From: the human T2T-CHM13v2.0 reference genome, Homo sapiens
Assembly: GCF_009914755.1 (NCBI RefSeq)
Contig: NC_060931.1
DNA length: 64,000 nt
Direction: 5' to 3' (one strand)
Part shown: one piece after another, positions 37,233 through 59,215 of the stretch
Position numbering within the stretch: position 1 is the stretch's first letter
How the letters are laid out: the number at the start of each line of letters is the position of its first letter
Position numbers and translations under genes: made by a program
The notes under the pieces: generated by a model
The model's input: only the letters and a program-made list of their open reading frames with translations
Database searches by the model: none
What the model was told of the DNA's origin: nothing

Positions 37233-38709
37233 ATTATTATTAATTATACTTTAAGTTCTGGGGTACATGTGCAGAACGTGCAGTTTTATTACATAGGTGT
37301 ATATGTGCCATGGTGGTTTGCTGCACCCATCAACCCGTCACCTACATTAGGTATTTCTGCTAATGCTATCCCTCCCGTAGGCCCCCACTCCCCGACATGC
37401 CCCAGTGTGTGACGTTCCCCTCCCTGTGTCCATGTGTTCTCATTGTTTAACTCCCACTTATGAGTGACAACATGCAGTGTTTGGTTTTCTGTTATTGTGC
37501 TAGTTTGCTGAGAATGATGGTTTCCAGCTTCATCCATGTCTCTGCAAAGGACATGAACTCATCCTTTTTTATGGCTGCATAGTATTCCACAGTGTATATG
37601 TGCCACATTTTCTTTATTCAGTCTATCATTGATGGGCTTTTGGATTGGTTCCAGGTCATTGCTATTGTAAATAGTGTTACAATAAACATAAGTGTGCATG
37701 TGTCTTTATAGTAGAATGATTTATAATCCTATGGGTATACACCCAGTAATGGGATTGCTGGGTCAAATGGTATCTCTAGTTCTAAATCCGTGAGGAATTG
37801 CCACACAGTCTTCCACAATGGTGGAAGCCACCTCTTCCCCGAGGGGCTCTGTCCCAGGGAGATGGGGGTTTCATCTATAAGTCCCTGACTGGGGCTGCTG
37901 CCTTTTTTTCAGAGATATCCTTCCCAGAGAGGAGAAATCCAGAGAGGCAGTCTGGCCACAGTGGCCTTACTGAGCTGTGGTGAGCTCCACCCAGTTCAAA
38001 CTTCCCAGCAGCTTTGTTTACACCGCGAAGGTAAAACCACCTACTCAAGCCTCAGCAATGGAAGATGCCCCCCCACAGCACCCAACCAAGTTCGAGGGTC
38101 CCAGGTCAATCTCAGACTGCTGCTGTGCTGGCAGCAAGAATTTCAAGCCAAGTGAATCTTTGTTTGCTGGGCTCCATGGGGGTGGGGCCCACCGAGCCAG
38201 ACCACTTGGATCCCTGGTTTCAGCCCCCTTTCCAGGGGAGTGAACGGTTCTGTCTCACTGGCGTTCCAGGTGCCAATGGGGTATGGAAAAAAAAAAAAAA
38301 AACTCCTGCAGCTAGTTCGGTGTCTGCCCAAATGGCTGCCCAGTTTTGTGCTTGAAACCCAGGGCCCTGGTGGCATAGGCACCGGAGGGAATCTCCTGGT
38401 CTGCGGGTTGCAAAGACCATGGGAAAAGTGCAGTATCTGGGCCAGAGTGCACAGTTCCTCAGGCTCAGTCCCTTATGGCTTTCCTTGGGTAGGGGAGAAA
38501 ATTCCACGACCCCTTGTGCTTCCCAGGTGAGGCGACGCCCCACCCTGCTTTGGCTCACCCTCCGTGGGCTGCACCCTCTTGTCCAACCAGTCCCAATGAG
38601 ATGAACCAGGTACCTCAGTTGGAAATGCAGAAATCACCTGCCTTCTCTGTCGATCTCACTGGGAGCTGCAGAACGGAGCTGTTTCTATTCCGCCATCTTG
38701 CCAGCAATT
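37233..38709 (-). mobile_element. L1PA (about L1PA7) with intact 5' end and 3' end but ORF1 and nearly all of ORF2 missing
   Basis: 5'UTR 38709 to about 37826 joined directly to the last ~600 nt; TSD CAGAAATTATT (37222-37232, 38710-38720). Confidence 0.92.
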
Positions 38710-38979
38710 CAGAAATTATTTTTTCCAAAGAAAAGGCCCCATGCAAACTGGCTGAAACAAAATGGGTTTATACCCATGAAATAATCCGGGGGACTTTAGT
38801 CAATAAAACTCAATGCTGGTAAAGTTACTTTAAATAATTTTGGTAAAGTTATAACAACAAAAGCCAAAATTTAAAAAAAAATTTTAGGAAAGAGGAGGCA
38901 GGGACTGCGTGGTATTCTTTTAGTGCTGTGACAGGCTGGTAGAGATGGATTCTCCTTGATTTATTTATTTATTTATTGC

Positions 38980-40405
38980 TAGAAAGTGACTAGAAACCAT
39001 ATGAAAATATGAAAATATAAAGTTATTTGGTAAAAGTAAATATATGTACAAATCTAAAACCTGTGTTATTGCAACTTAGGCTTGTAGCTCCTCTTTTAAT
39101 TATTTTATAGGATATAAAAGACCAAAGCATAACAAATAACTATGTCTATGTAAATGGGTACATGATATAAAAAGATGTAATTTGTGACATAAATAACATA
39201 AAGGAGGGAGTGCAGAGCTGTAAAGGAGTAGTGGTTTTTAATGAAACTGAAGTTAAATTGTAATCAATTTAAAATACATTGTTATAACCTTAGGAAGTTT
39301 TATGTAATCACCATGGTAACCACAAAGAAAATATATACAGAATACACAATAGAAAATGAGAAGGTAATCAAAACATGTCACTATAAAATATCAACCAAAT
39401 ACAAAGAAAGGCAATAAGAAAATGAGGGACAAAAAAGCTGTAAGATATGCAGAAGACAAATAACAAAATCACAGTAGTAAGTCCTTCCCCATCAGTATGT
39501 TTTAAATGTAAATACATTAGACCCCTCAATATAAAGACATAGATTGCCAGAGTGAATAAAACAAATAGGATCCAACTATATTCTGTCTACAAGTGACTCA
39601 CTTTAGATCTAAAAACATGCACACATTGAAAGTGAAAGAATAGAAAAAGACATTCCCTGCAAATAATAATCAGAAGATAGAAGGAGTAGCTATACTAACA
39701 CTAGTGTCATACAAGATTGACTTTAGTTCAAAAACTGTTACAAGAAACAAAGAACATTACATAATGATAAAAGAGTGAATTAACCAAAAAGATATAATAA
39801 TTATAAACATATATGTACTAAACATCAGAGCTCCTAAGTATATGACACAAATATTGATAGAATTAAATGAGAAAATAAATAGCTCTACAATAATAGTAAG
39901 AGGCTTCAACAGTCAACTTTCGATATTAAATAGAACAACTAAACAGAGGATAATAAGGAAATAAGAGACAAGAACAACACTATAGGCCAATTAGACCCAA
40001 CAGACATATATAGAACATTCCACCCAACAGTAGTAGAAGACATTTTTCTCAAGTGCATATAGAACATTGTTCAGGATATATCATGTATTAGGCCACAAAA
40101 CAAGTCTTAATAAATTTAAAAAGATTGAAATCATGTAATGTATCTTTTCCAATCACAATTAAATAAAACTAGACATCAATAGCAGGAGGAAAACTGGAAA
40201 ATTCACAAATACATGAAAATTAAAAAACATACTCTTAGACAACCAATGGGTCAAAGAATAAATCACAAGAGAAATTAGAAAATATCTCAAGACAAGATAT
40301 TTTTTGTTTCGTTATTATGAAAACAAAAAAATACCAACTGATGAGATGCAGCAAAACAATGCTAAAAGGGAAACTTGTAGTTATAAACATTTCCATTAAA
40401 AAAAA
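38980..40405 (+). mobile_element. Old L1M, 5' part (inter-ORF region and EN domain)
   Basis: Degenerate ORF2 EN-like sequence; resumes at about 45530. Confidence 0.8.
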
Positions 40406-40415
40406 AGTGCCCCAA

Positions 40416-41055
40416 TGAACATATGTGTGCATGTGTCTTTATGGTAGAATATTTACATTCCTTTGGGTAAATACTCAATAATGGGTCAATAGTGGGTCAA
40501 TAATGCTGAGTCAAATAGCAATTATATTTTAAGTTATTTCAGAAATTGCCAAACTGCTTTCCACAGTGGCTTTACTTACAATAACAAAGACGTGGAATCA
40601 ACCTAAATGCCCATCAATGATAGACTGGGTAAAAAAAAAAATGTGGCACACATACACCATGGAATACTATGCAGCCATTAAAAATAATATGATCATGTCC
40701 TTTGCAGGGACAAGAGCAGAGCTGGAGGCCATTATTCTAAGTTAATTAACACAGGAACAGAAAACCAAATACGGCATGTTCTCACTTATGAGTGATAGCT
40801 AAACATCAAGTACACATGGACACAAAGAAGAAAACAACAGACACTGGGGCCTATGTGGGGGCAGAAGGTAGGAGGAGGGTAAGGGTAAAAAAAACTGCCT
40901 ATCCTGTGCTAGGTTTGTTGTCCCGGTGACAAAATTATCTGCACAACAAACCCCTGGGACATGTAATTTACCTATATAACAAACCTGTTATATAATTACC
41001 TATGTAACAAACCTTAGGTTCATGTACCCCTGAACCTAAGCTAAAACTTAAGAAA
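40416..41055 (+). mobile_element. L1PB/old L1PA 3' end with 5' inversion (twin-priming type)
   Basis: Minus-strand L1 piece 40416-40572 followed by plus-strand 3'UTR and short A-tail; degenerate TSD AAAA(A/C)AGTGC..CCCA. Confidence 0.75.
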
Positions 41056-41160
41056 ACAGTGCTCCCAGATGGCCATATGTATAGCTGTGCTGCAGAGACA
41101 TAGAGGAACACCCCCACCCTCACCCACTGCCCTGGACCCTTGTAATCACCCCACTTCCTA

Positions 41161-45265
<4,105 letters not shown>

Positions 45266-45529
45266 TGAAATCACTTTCAATATCCCCCACTAGATATTGA
45301 CTGTTATATCAAGTATTAAGTATAAAACTTTTAATTGACAATAGTATAACTGTGAATGGCTTCTGGTTTTGTTTTTAATTCTGTGGATTGTGTTTAAACA
45401 ATTCTAAAGTGTGTTCGTTTTCTGAGATTTTAAGTGGTATTGCACAGTTGTACACATTTATAGAATGTTTAAAGAGCATACCCTTGTAGAGCTTCAGGTC
45501 TAGAATTTAAATTAATCTGTTATCACAGA

Positions 45530-48390
45530 AAAAAAATAGAAAGAAGAAAGATCTCAAATCTACAATCTGACCTTATACATTAAGAAACTGGAAAAGAAAA
45601 ATATACTAAACCCAGAGCTAGCAAAAGTAAGGTAATAATAAAGATTAGAGCAAAGAAAAACAAAATCAGGAATACAAAAGCAATAGAGAAAATCAATGAA
45701 ACCAAGAGTTGGTTCATTAAAAGATCAACAAAATGGTCAAACTTTTAGTTAGATACAGTAAGAAAAAAATACACAAATAATGGAAATTAGAAAAGAAAGG
45801 ATATGACTATCAAATTTACAAAAATAAAAATAATAAGATAGTACTATGAACAATTGTACAACAATGCATTGGTTAACCTTGATTAAATGGACAAATTCCT
45901 ATAAAAACACATCCTACCAAGTTTGAATCAGAATAAATAAATAATCTTAACAGATCTGTGACTGTTAAGGAGGTTGAATCACTGATCAAAACCCCCCCAT
46001 AATAAAAAGTCCAGGACACATGGATTCACTGGTGAATTCTACCAAACATTAAAGGGATCATTGTCAAAAACAAATTGTCTTCGAATTCTTCCAAAAAATT
46101 GAAAGGGAGGGAGCATTTCCAAACTCATTCTATGAGGCAGTGTTACCTCGATACCAAAGAAAAATAAAGACACTACAAGAAAACTATAGGCCAAAATATC
46201 TGATGAATATTGGTGCAAAAATCCTCATCAAAATACTAGCAAATAGAATTCAACAGCATATTAAAAGGATTATAAACCATAACCAAATGAGATTTATTCC
46301 TAGAATGCAAGGGTGATTCAGCAGATGTCAATCAACCAATGTACACCATATTAACAGAATGAAGAGGAAAAAAAAGACTACGTGATTGATGATCTAAATT
46401 GATGCAGAAAAAGTATTTGACAAAATTTAACACCATTCCATGATAAAAACACTCAATAAATTAAGAATAGAAGGAAAATACCTCAACATAATAAAGGCCA
46501 CATATGTCTTCATTTCCATTTATGAAAGACTGAAAACTTTTTCTGCTTGATCAGGCACAAGACAAGGATATCTACTTTACCACTTCTATTCAACATAATA
46601 CTGGAAGCACTAGCCAGATCGATTAACTAAGAAACATAAATAAAAGGCATCCAAGTTAGAATGGAAGAAGTAAAATTATCCCTGTTCACAAATGGCATGA
46701 TTTTATATGTAGCAACCACTGAAGATTCCACAAGAAAAGCTGCTAGAACTAATAAACAAATTTGGCATAGTTGGGCATGGTGGCTCATGCCTATAATCCC
46801 AGGCACTTTGGGAGGCTGAGCTGGGAGGATCGCTTGAGATCAGGAGTTCAAGACAAATTTAGCAAAGTTGCAGGATGCAAAATCAACACACAAAAATCAG
46901 TTGTGTTTCTATACACTAACTATGAGCCGTCTGAAAAGAAAATTAAGAAAAAAATCCATTTACAATAGCATCAAAAAGAATAAAATACTTAGGAATAAAC
47001 TTAACCAAGAAGGAAAGAAACATACATTGAAAACTACAAAACATTGCTTAAAGAAATTAAAGACGCCAATAAATGGAAAGGCATTTCATGTTTATGAATT
47101 GGAAGACTTAATATACTTACAATGTCAATACTACCCAAAGAGATCTGTAAATTTAATGCAATTTCTGTCCAAATCCAAACGGTGGGTTTTTTTGTTAGAA
47201 ACAAAAAAATTCATGCAAAATCTCAAGGGACCCCAAATAGCCAAAATAATCTTGAAAAAATTACAAAGCTGGAGGTCTTACATTTTCTGACTTCAAAACT
47301 TACTACAAAGCTACAGTAATCAAAACAGTATGGTGCTGGCATAAAGACAGACATAGAGATCAATGGATCAAAACAGAGAGCTCAGAAATCAACTTTGTAT
47401 ACATGGTCAAATGATTTTTGACAAGGGTGCCAAGACCAATAGGGAATGGACAGACAGTCTTTTCAACAAATAGTATTGGGAAAATTGATATCTACATGCA
47501 AAAGAATGAAACTTGGCCGTTAGCTTACACCATACATAAAAATTCACTGAAATGGATCAAAGACCTAAGTAAAAGAGCTAAAGCTATAAAAACTCTTAGA
47601 AAGAAACATAAGGGAAAAGATTTATGACATTGGATATGGCAATGAGTTCTTGAATATGACACCAAAAGAACAAGCGACAAAAGAAAATATAGATAATGTG
47701 GACTACATTGAAATTAAACTCTGTGTGACAGAGGACACAATCAACGAAGTGAAAAAGCAATTTATAGAATGTAAGAAAATATTTGCAATTTAAGTATCTG
47801 AAAAAAGGTTAATATCCAGAATATATAAAGAATTCCTGTAATTCAGCAACAACAAAAACAAATAACCTGACTTAAAAAATAGGCAAAGGACTTCAATAGA
47901 GATTTCTCCAATGAAGATATACAAATAGCAAAAAGCACATGAAAAAATGCTCAATATCACAAATCATTAGGGAATGCTAATCAAAACCATGATGAGATAT
48001 TTCCTCACACCCATTAGGATAGCTACTATAAAAAAAACAACTAAAAAATAGCAAATGTTGGTGAAGATATGGAAGAACTGGAACATCTGTAGCTTCTATT
48101 TGGGAATGTAAAATGGTGCAGCCACTATGGAAAAGTGTGGTGGTTCCTCAGAAAATTAAGAATACAATTACTGTATGATCCAGTGATATTATTTCTGGAT
48201 ATATACCGAAAATAACTGAAACTGGACTCCAAAAAGATATTTTTTAAGCCATGTTCATAGCAGCATTATTCACAATATCCAAAAGGTAGACACAGCCTAA
48301 GTGTCCATTGACATATGAATGGGTAAACGAAATGTGATGTATACACAAAATGGAAGGTTATTCAGCCTTAAAAAGAAAGACAAGTCTGAT
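45530..48390 (+). mobile_element. Old L1M, 3' part of ORF2
   Basis: Degenerate ORF2 continuing from 40405 (ATTAAAAAA|GAAGAAAGATCTCAAATC). Confidence 0.82.
46774..46852 (+). mobile_element. Tailless 5' Alu fragment inside the L1M
   Basis: GGCATGGTGGCTCATGCCTATAATCCC...CAGGAGTTCAAG. Confidence 0.85.
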
Positions 48391-48394
48391 AGAA

Positions 48395-50712
48395 AGCCCA
48401 GTCAGATTAATATCCAAAGGACTGAGCCTTGAACAAAGGGTTATCTTTTAAGTATTTCATGGGTCGGGGGAGATCTGTACAGGGGGAAGCATACTACAGA
48501 AGAGAGAAACAAAGACAGTTATTTAATTGAGACATGCATTACATCATTTCTTACTCTTTAAGGAAAAATATGTTTTGTGACTTGAGTTTATCTGTCTAGT
48601 GATCTGGCAGCTGCATGGCAAGAGAAACAGAGTCTTCACAAAACCTGGGAAGGGAGAAGAGATAAGGCTTACTAGCCACAGAAAAACAGGCAGTTAATTT
48701 TAAAGGACTCCAGCTCTTTCTCTTTCTCAGGGGGAGTTGGGTTTTCTTATATACAACTGAGTTTCTGCTTTACACACTCTTTAATTTCTTTTAATTCCTG
48801 TTCCAGGACTATAGGCTTTTGGACCTTTTGTAATGCTGCTAAGGGACTTGTACTCAGTCTACTTCACTGTTCTAATACTTTGCTTGAATTTGGATAAGGT
48901 TTTAAAGGAGCAATTTGTTCGGCTCCCCCATGGTCTCCAGGTCTTTCTTCCGCTAATCCTCCTGCTGCCCCTTGATCTTCCTGTCCCCTATTTTGCGAGA
49001 GGTATGGAGGGGGCAAGCATGATAGGGGGTCCCATGGCTTTTCACTGGGCAAGGATTTTTTACTAGGTTCTTTTTCTTTTTCTTTGAAGGGGGAATATGA
49101 GGGCTAATTCCTTGATCCAGCAGACAGCATAACTTATCTCTTGTGAGGATGGGGTTTTATCATTCACATAGAAAAATAAAGCTTGGCACACCCAATCCTC
49201 ATCTGGGCCAAACCTAGGTCAAAAGACTGAAGGCTTATGAATGGGGTCTTTAGGACAGATAAAACAGCAGTACTTACCATCTTTTCTTTTCTTTGTCCCT
49301 GGCTTGAGGGTTGTCCCTCCAAACCTGCAGCATTATCCCTAAAGGACTGTCCGGGGGAATGTCAGAGGGAATCTTTTTGGCTCCCTCTTTCCTTTGTGCC
49401 TTAGGCCTAGAATTTCTGTTTCTCATCTTCAGTCAGTCTCTGTGTCTGAGCTTTTTCCCTGTGTACTCAACCACCCCCCAGCCTCACTGGAGGTTTCCTG
49501 CACACCCTGAGAATCGCTTCATCCATCTATGGCCATTTCCCTCGTGGGAGAACAGAACTGCAGATTGGGACTCCGCACTCACTTCATATCTAGGATACAT
49601 CTCAGTCACACACACTTGACCTCCAAAAATGCCCAACCACCAAGGTAGTACTTATGGTCCAATTTTTCTTCCTCGGCTCATACACAAGGTTGCCTGGTTG
49701 CTGTGGTGCCTTCTTTCCTCCTGTGTCACCTCCTCTGCCTCCTGAATAACAGTCTCAGGTTTGTCTATGGCCTCTGCGGGAAGTCGGGATACCTAAACAG
49801 AGCGGGCTATCTAAATCAGGTGAGATGTGTCTCCCCTCTCAGCAAGAGTCCCACTCCACACAGGCACAGAAGCCCCAGGTGGGTCCACAAGTTTGTGGTA
49901 AACACATTCACCTGTCCAAACCCAAAGAATGAACTTGGAGACATGAAGAACAGTGGAAGTGAGACTTTTTTTTTTTTTTGAGACAAAATCTCGCTCTGTT
50001 GCTCAGGCTGGAGTGTAATGGTGTGATCTCAGCTCACTGCAACCTCTGCCTCCCGGGTTAAAACGATTCTCCTGCCTCAGCTTTCTAAGTAGCTGGGACT
50101 ATAGGTGTGCACCACCATGCTTGGAAATTTGTGGCCTAGAACCCCAATTCAACTGCAAATCACTCCTTGACTATTTACTGAATGCTTGCCATGGACAATG
50201 TCCATGTATTTTTGTATTTTTTGTATTTTTAGTACAGATAGTGTTTCACCATATTGGCCAGGCTGGTCTCAAACTCCTGGCCTTGGCCTCCCAAAGTGCT
50301 GGAATTAGAGGTGTGAGCTACTGCACCTGGCCGGAAGCAAGACTTTTAATGGTGGCCTTGCAAGATCGGGTGTCTGGTAGGCAGGTACAACCAGGGCAGT
50401 TACAGCAGGTAATTTATCTCCTAGCACAGAATTCCTTCCCCCAGTTCCTCATTGGTCAAGTACTACAGAGTTATCTTCCTGGACATCGCCTAAGTTTCAT
50501 TATCCCCCTTATAAGGTTATACCCCGGTTCCCTTCCCTGCTTAAGTTTGACTTCCTGATAATAAAACTTTCTTCCCTTTTATGGGCTGACCCCTCCTCTA
50601 CATTCTGTTCACTTATTATGACCTTCTAGGTGCATGAGCCGTGCAGTTTGTTACATCCACAGGCTGGCTGCCAGTGCTTAGATTTACCATGCCTTGAAAA
50701 TGGATCATTTAA
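48395..50712 (-). mobile_element. ERV1 (MER4-group) LTR and internal fragments; MER67-like LTR at about 49893-50712, resuming at 56764-56793 after the L1
   Basis: LTR start TGGAACAGGAATTAAAAG at 48805; second LTR start TGTGAGAAAACATTTTAAATG at about 56793; family names by recollection. Confidence 0.65.
49967..50333 (-). mobile_element. AluS inside the LTR, carrying a non-Alu ~80-bp insert and a ~20-bp deletion
   Basis: Degenerate TSD GAAG(TG/CA)AGACTTTT on both sides. Confidence 0.9.
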
Positions 50713-50947
50713 GGGGGAGGAGCCAAGATGGCCGAATAGGAACAGCTCCGGTCTACAGCTCCCAGCGTGAGCGACGCAGAAGACAGGTGATTTCTGCATT
50801 TCCATCTGAGGTACCGGGTTCATCTCACTAGGGAGTGCCAGACAGTGGGCGCAGGCCAGTGTGAGCGCGCACCGTGCGCGAGCCGAAGCAGGGCGAGGCA
50901 TTGCCTCACCTGGGAAGCGCAAGGGGTCAGGGAGTTCCCTTTCCGAG

Positions 50948-51163
50948 TCAAAGAAAGGGGTGACGGACGCACCTGGAAAATCGGGTCACTCCCACCCGAA
51001 TATTGCGCTTTTCAGACCGGCTTAAAATACGGCGCACCACGAGACTATATCCCACACCTGGCTCAGAGGGTCCTACACCCACGGAATCTCGATGATTGCT
51101 AGCACAGCAGTCTGAGATCAAACTGCAAGGCGGCAACGAGGCTGGGAGAGGGGCGCCCGCCAT
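50948..51163 (-). CDS. L1 ORF0 (71 aa), intact
   Basis: MAGAPLPASLPPCSLISDCCASNHRDSVGVGPSEPGVGYSLVVRRILSRSEKRNIRVGVTRFSRCVRHPFL*, the primate L1 antisense ORF0. Confidence 0.85.
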   Translation of the reverse strand: MAGAPLPASLPPCSLISDCCASNHRDSVGVGPSEPGVGYSLVVRRILSRSEKRNIRVGVTRFSRCVRHPFL

Positions 51164-51618
51164 TGCCCAGGCTTGCTTAGGTAAACAAAGCAGCCGGGAA
51201 GCTCGAACTGGGTGGAGCCCACCATAGCTCAAGGAGGCCTGCCTGCCTCTGTAGGCTCCACCTCTGGGGGCAGGGCACAGACAAACAAAAAGACAGCAGT
51301 AACCTCTGCAGACTTAAGTGTCCCTGTCTGACAGCTTTGAAGAGAGCAGTGGTTCTCCCAGCACGCAGCTGGAGATCTGAGAACGGGCAGACTGCCTCCT
51401 CAAGTGGGTCCCTGACCCCTGACCCCCGAGCAGCCTAACTGGGAGGCACCCCCCAGCAGGGGCACACTGACACCTCACACGGCAGGGTATTCCAACAGAC
51501 CTGCAGCTGAGGGTCCTGTCTGTTAGAAGGAAAACTAACAACCAGAAAGGACATCTACACCGAAAACCCATCTGTACATCACCATCATCAAAGACCAAAA
51601 GTAGATAAAACCACAAAG

Positions 51619-52635
51619 ATGGGGAAAAAACAGAACAGAAAAACTGGAAACTCTAAAACGCAGAGCGCCTCTCCTCCTCCAAAGGAACGCAGTTCCTCAC
51701 CAGCAACGGAACAAAGCTGGATGGAGAATGATTTTGACGAGCTGAGAGAAGAAGGCTTCAGACGATCAAATTACTCTGAGCTACGGGAGGACATTCAAAC
51801 CAAAGGCAAAGAAGTTGAAAACTTTGAAAAAAATTTAGAAGAATGTATAACTAGAATAACCAATACAGAGAAGTGCTTAAAGGAGCTGATGGAGCTGAAA
51901 ACCAAGGCTCGAGAACTACGTGAAGAATGCAGAAGCCTCAGGAGCTGATGCGATCAACTGGAAGAAAGGGTATCAGCAATGGAAGATGAAATGAATGAAA
52001 TGAAGCGAGAAGGGAAGTTTAGAGAAAAAAGAATAAAAAGAAATGAGCAAAGCCTCCAAGAAATATGGGACTATGTGAAAAGACCAAATCTACGTCTGAT
52101 TGGTGTACCTGAAAGTGATGTGGAGAATGGAACCAAGTTGGAAAACACTCTGCAGGATATTATCCAGGAGAACTTCCCCAATCTAGCAAGGCAGGCCAAC
52201 GTTCAGATTCAGGAAATACAGAGAACGCCACAAAGATACTCCTCGAGAAGAGCAACTCCAAGACACATAATTGTCAGATTCACCAAAGTTGAAATGAAGG
52301 AAAAAATGTTAAGGGCAGCCAGAGAGAAAGGTCGGGTTACCCTCAAAGGAAAGCCCATCAGACTAACAGCGGATCTCTCGGCAGAAACCCTACAAGCCAG
52401 AAGAGAGTGGGGGCCAATATTCAACATTCTTAAAGAAAAGAATTTTCAACCCAGAATTTCATATCCAGCCAAACTAAGCTTCATAAGTGAAGGAGAAATA
52501 AAATACTTTATAGACAAGCAAATGCTGAGAGATTTTGTCACCACCAGGCCTGCCCTAAAAGAGCTCCTGAAGGAAGCGCTAAACATGGAAAGGAACAACC
52601 GGTACCAGCCGCTGCAAAATCATGCCAAAATGTAA
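51619..52635 (+). pseudogene. L1 ORF1p with a nonsense codon at codon 110
   Basis: MGKKQNRKTGNSK...NHAKM, in-frame TGA at 51946-51948 (probable CGA to TGA). Confidence 0.93.
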
Positions 52636-52671
52636 AGACCATCGAGACTAGGAAGAAACTGCATCAACTAA

Positions 52672-56527
<3,856 letters not shown>

Positions 56528-58143
56528 ACAATGAGACCACATGGACACAGGAAGGGGAATATCACACTCTGGGGACTGTGGTGGGGTCGGGGGAGGGGGG
56601 AGGGATAGCATTGGGAGATATACCTAATGCTAGATGACACGTTAGTGGGTGCAGTGCACCAGCATGGCACATGTATACATATGTAACTAACCTGCACAAT
56701 GTGCACATGTACCCTAAAACTTAAAGTATAATTAAAAAAAAAAACATTAAAAAAAAAAAAAAAGAAAATGGATCATTTAAAATGTTTTCTCACACCCACC
56801 AAAAATAAAAATTTTAAATTTAAATAAATAAAAATTTAAAAAAGAATTTCCAGAAGATTTCTTATGACAGTGGTTCTCAACCACTAGCTGTTCATTGTGA
56901 TCACCTGGGAGTTTTAAATATTCACGATGCTTGTGTCATCTCAGAGATTCTAAAATACTTTCCCCACAGTGTTGCTTTAAACATCCTCTCCATTGCTTCT
57001 CATGTGAAACCAAATTTGAGAATCACTAAATCAAGACATTTCTTCCAGAGTAGAAAATCTCCCAGAGGTCAGGGTCATCCTGACTGTTAGAACTCACCTT
57101 CCAGGACCCTTCCTGCTGACAAGCCAAGCTAGTTCTCAACCCAACAATAATTCTATGAATGTTCTTCCCTCTCTCTTTCTTATCCTCTCCCCATCCTTCA
57201 TGTCCTGGTTCAATCCCCAACCTCCTCCGAAAAGCCCTTCCATCTAGTCCAGGGCCCATTCAGTCCTCTGCTTTGTTATTCATTACTGCAGGCTGTTATC
57301 ATCACCTGATTTCATATTTGTCACTAAATCATTCATGTTTGTTTACTAAGTTCTCTCTATATCTAAGAATGTCTGTCCTCAGCCCCTTAAAAAATATCAC
57401 TTCATTTTATTTCTTTCATAAAATTCAAATAGCACTTTGCAGGGGACATTTCCATGGCAAGCATTCAGTAAATGTTCAAGGAGTGATTTGCAGTTGAATT
57501 GGGGTTCCTGGCCACAAATTTTAAGGTATTTAATTTTTAATTTTAATCTGACATTTATGTATGTGTGGGTGTTTGTGGGTGTGTTTGTCTGTCTCTTAGA
57601 AAAATACATTCATGTCACTTTAAAATTAAAAATAACATGGTGTTACCTTTATAGAAAAGTTGGGATCTTTTCCCTGATGAACTTAAAGACAGTTGTCATT
57701 GATTGATGTCAAACAAGACCTTCTAAGTCTTATTTCTAGGATTCATGCATTCAATATGCAACTCCTTCTCTGAAGCAGGATTTCTGCATGGGAATGGAGG
57801 AGGGTAGAGATGGTTTTCATCCTATTTGTGGCTTAATGGAAGCTTTGTAGCCAATCTGTGCATCTGTACAAATAGGGGGCTCAGTGCGGGAGAAAGCAGG
57901 CTTGTGGCACATTTGGGAAGGGGAAGATAGTCCCTAGCCCAGCTCCCAGGCATCTACAGGCTGATGTTTCTCAGTCTCTATAGCAATTTGCTTGCCCTCC
58001 ACTCAACTGAGATTGGAAGTTACAGTGTTGCTGACTTGATAAGAGTGAGGCTAAAACTATGGTCAAAATGCTGTAGGACTTGAGAAGTTCCCCATTTGCA
58101 CTGCTCTTTGTAGCCAAGATGAGATGTTAAAAGCAAAAGCACA

Positions 58144-58861
<718 letters not shown>

Positions 58862-59000
58862 TACTCAAGATTATTTTGCAAGTTTTAACATATACAAATT
58901 TAATTGTATATGGCTTTTCAAAAATAGTTTACCATACTGCTTGAGAATCTAGATTTAATATTTAAAAGTCATCCTTTTTACTAAGAATTTCTATCAAGAT

Positions 59001-59215
59001 CAGGCTCAGTGGTTGATGTCTGTATTCCCAGTAATTTGGGAGGCTGAGAGAGAAGGATTGCTTGAGCCCGCACTTTGAGACCAGCCTAGGCATTATAGCA
59101 AGACCCCATATCTACAACAACAAATAAAGTCTGGACATGTTGATGCATGCCTGTAGTTCCAGCTACTCGAGAGGCTAGGGCAGGAGGATCACTTGAGCCC
59201 AGGAGTTTAGGGCTG
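59001..59215 (+). mobile_element. AluJ, 3'-truncated
   Basis: Diverged Alu ending within the right arm. Confidence 0.8.

Noticed and set aside
48395-50712. Intact provirus with paired LTRs
   Set aside because: The two LTR-like blocks do not match each other, no polypurine tract precedes the left one, and there is no gag/pol/env ORF
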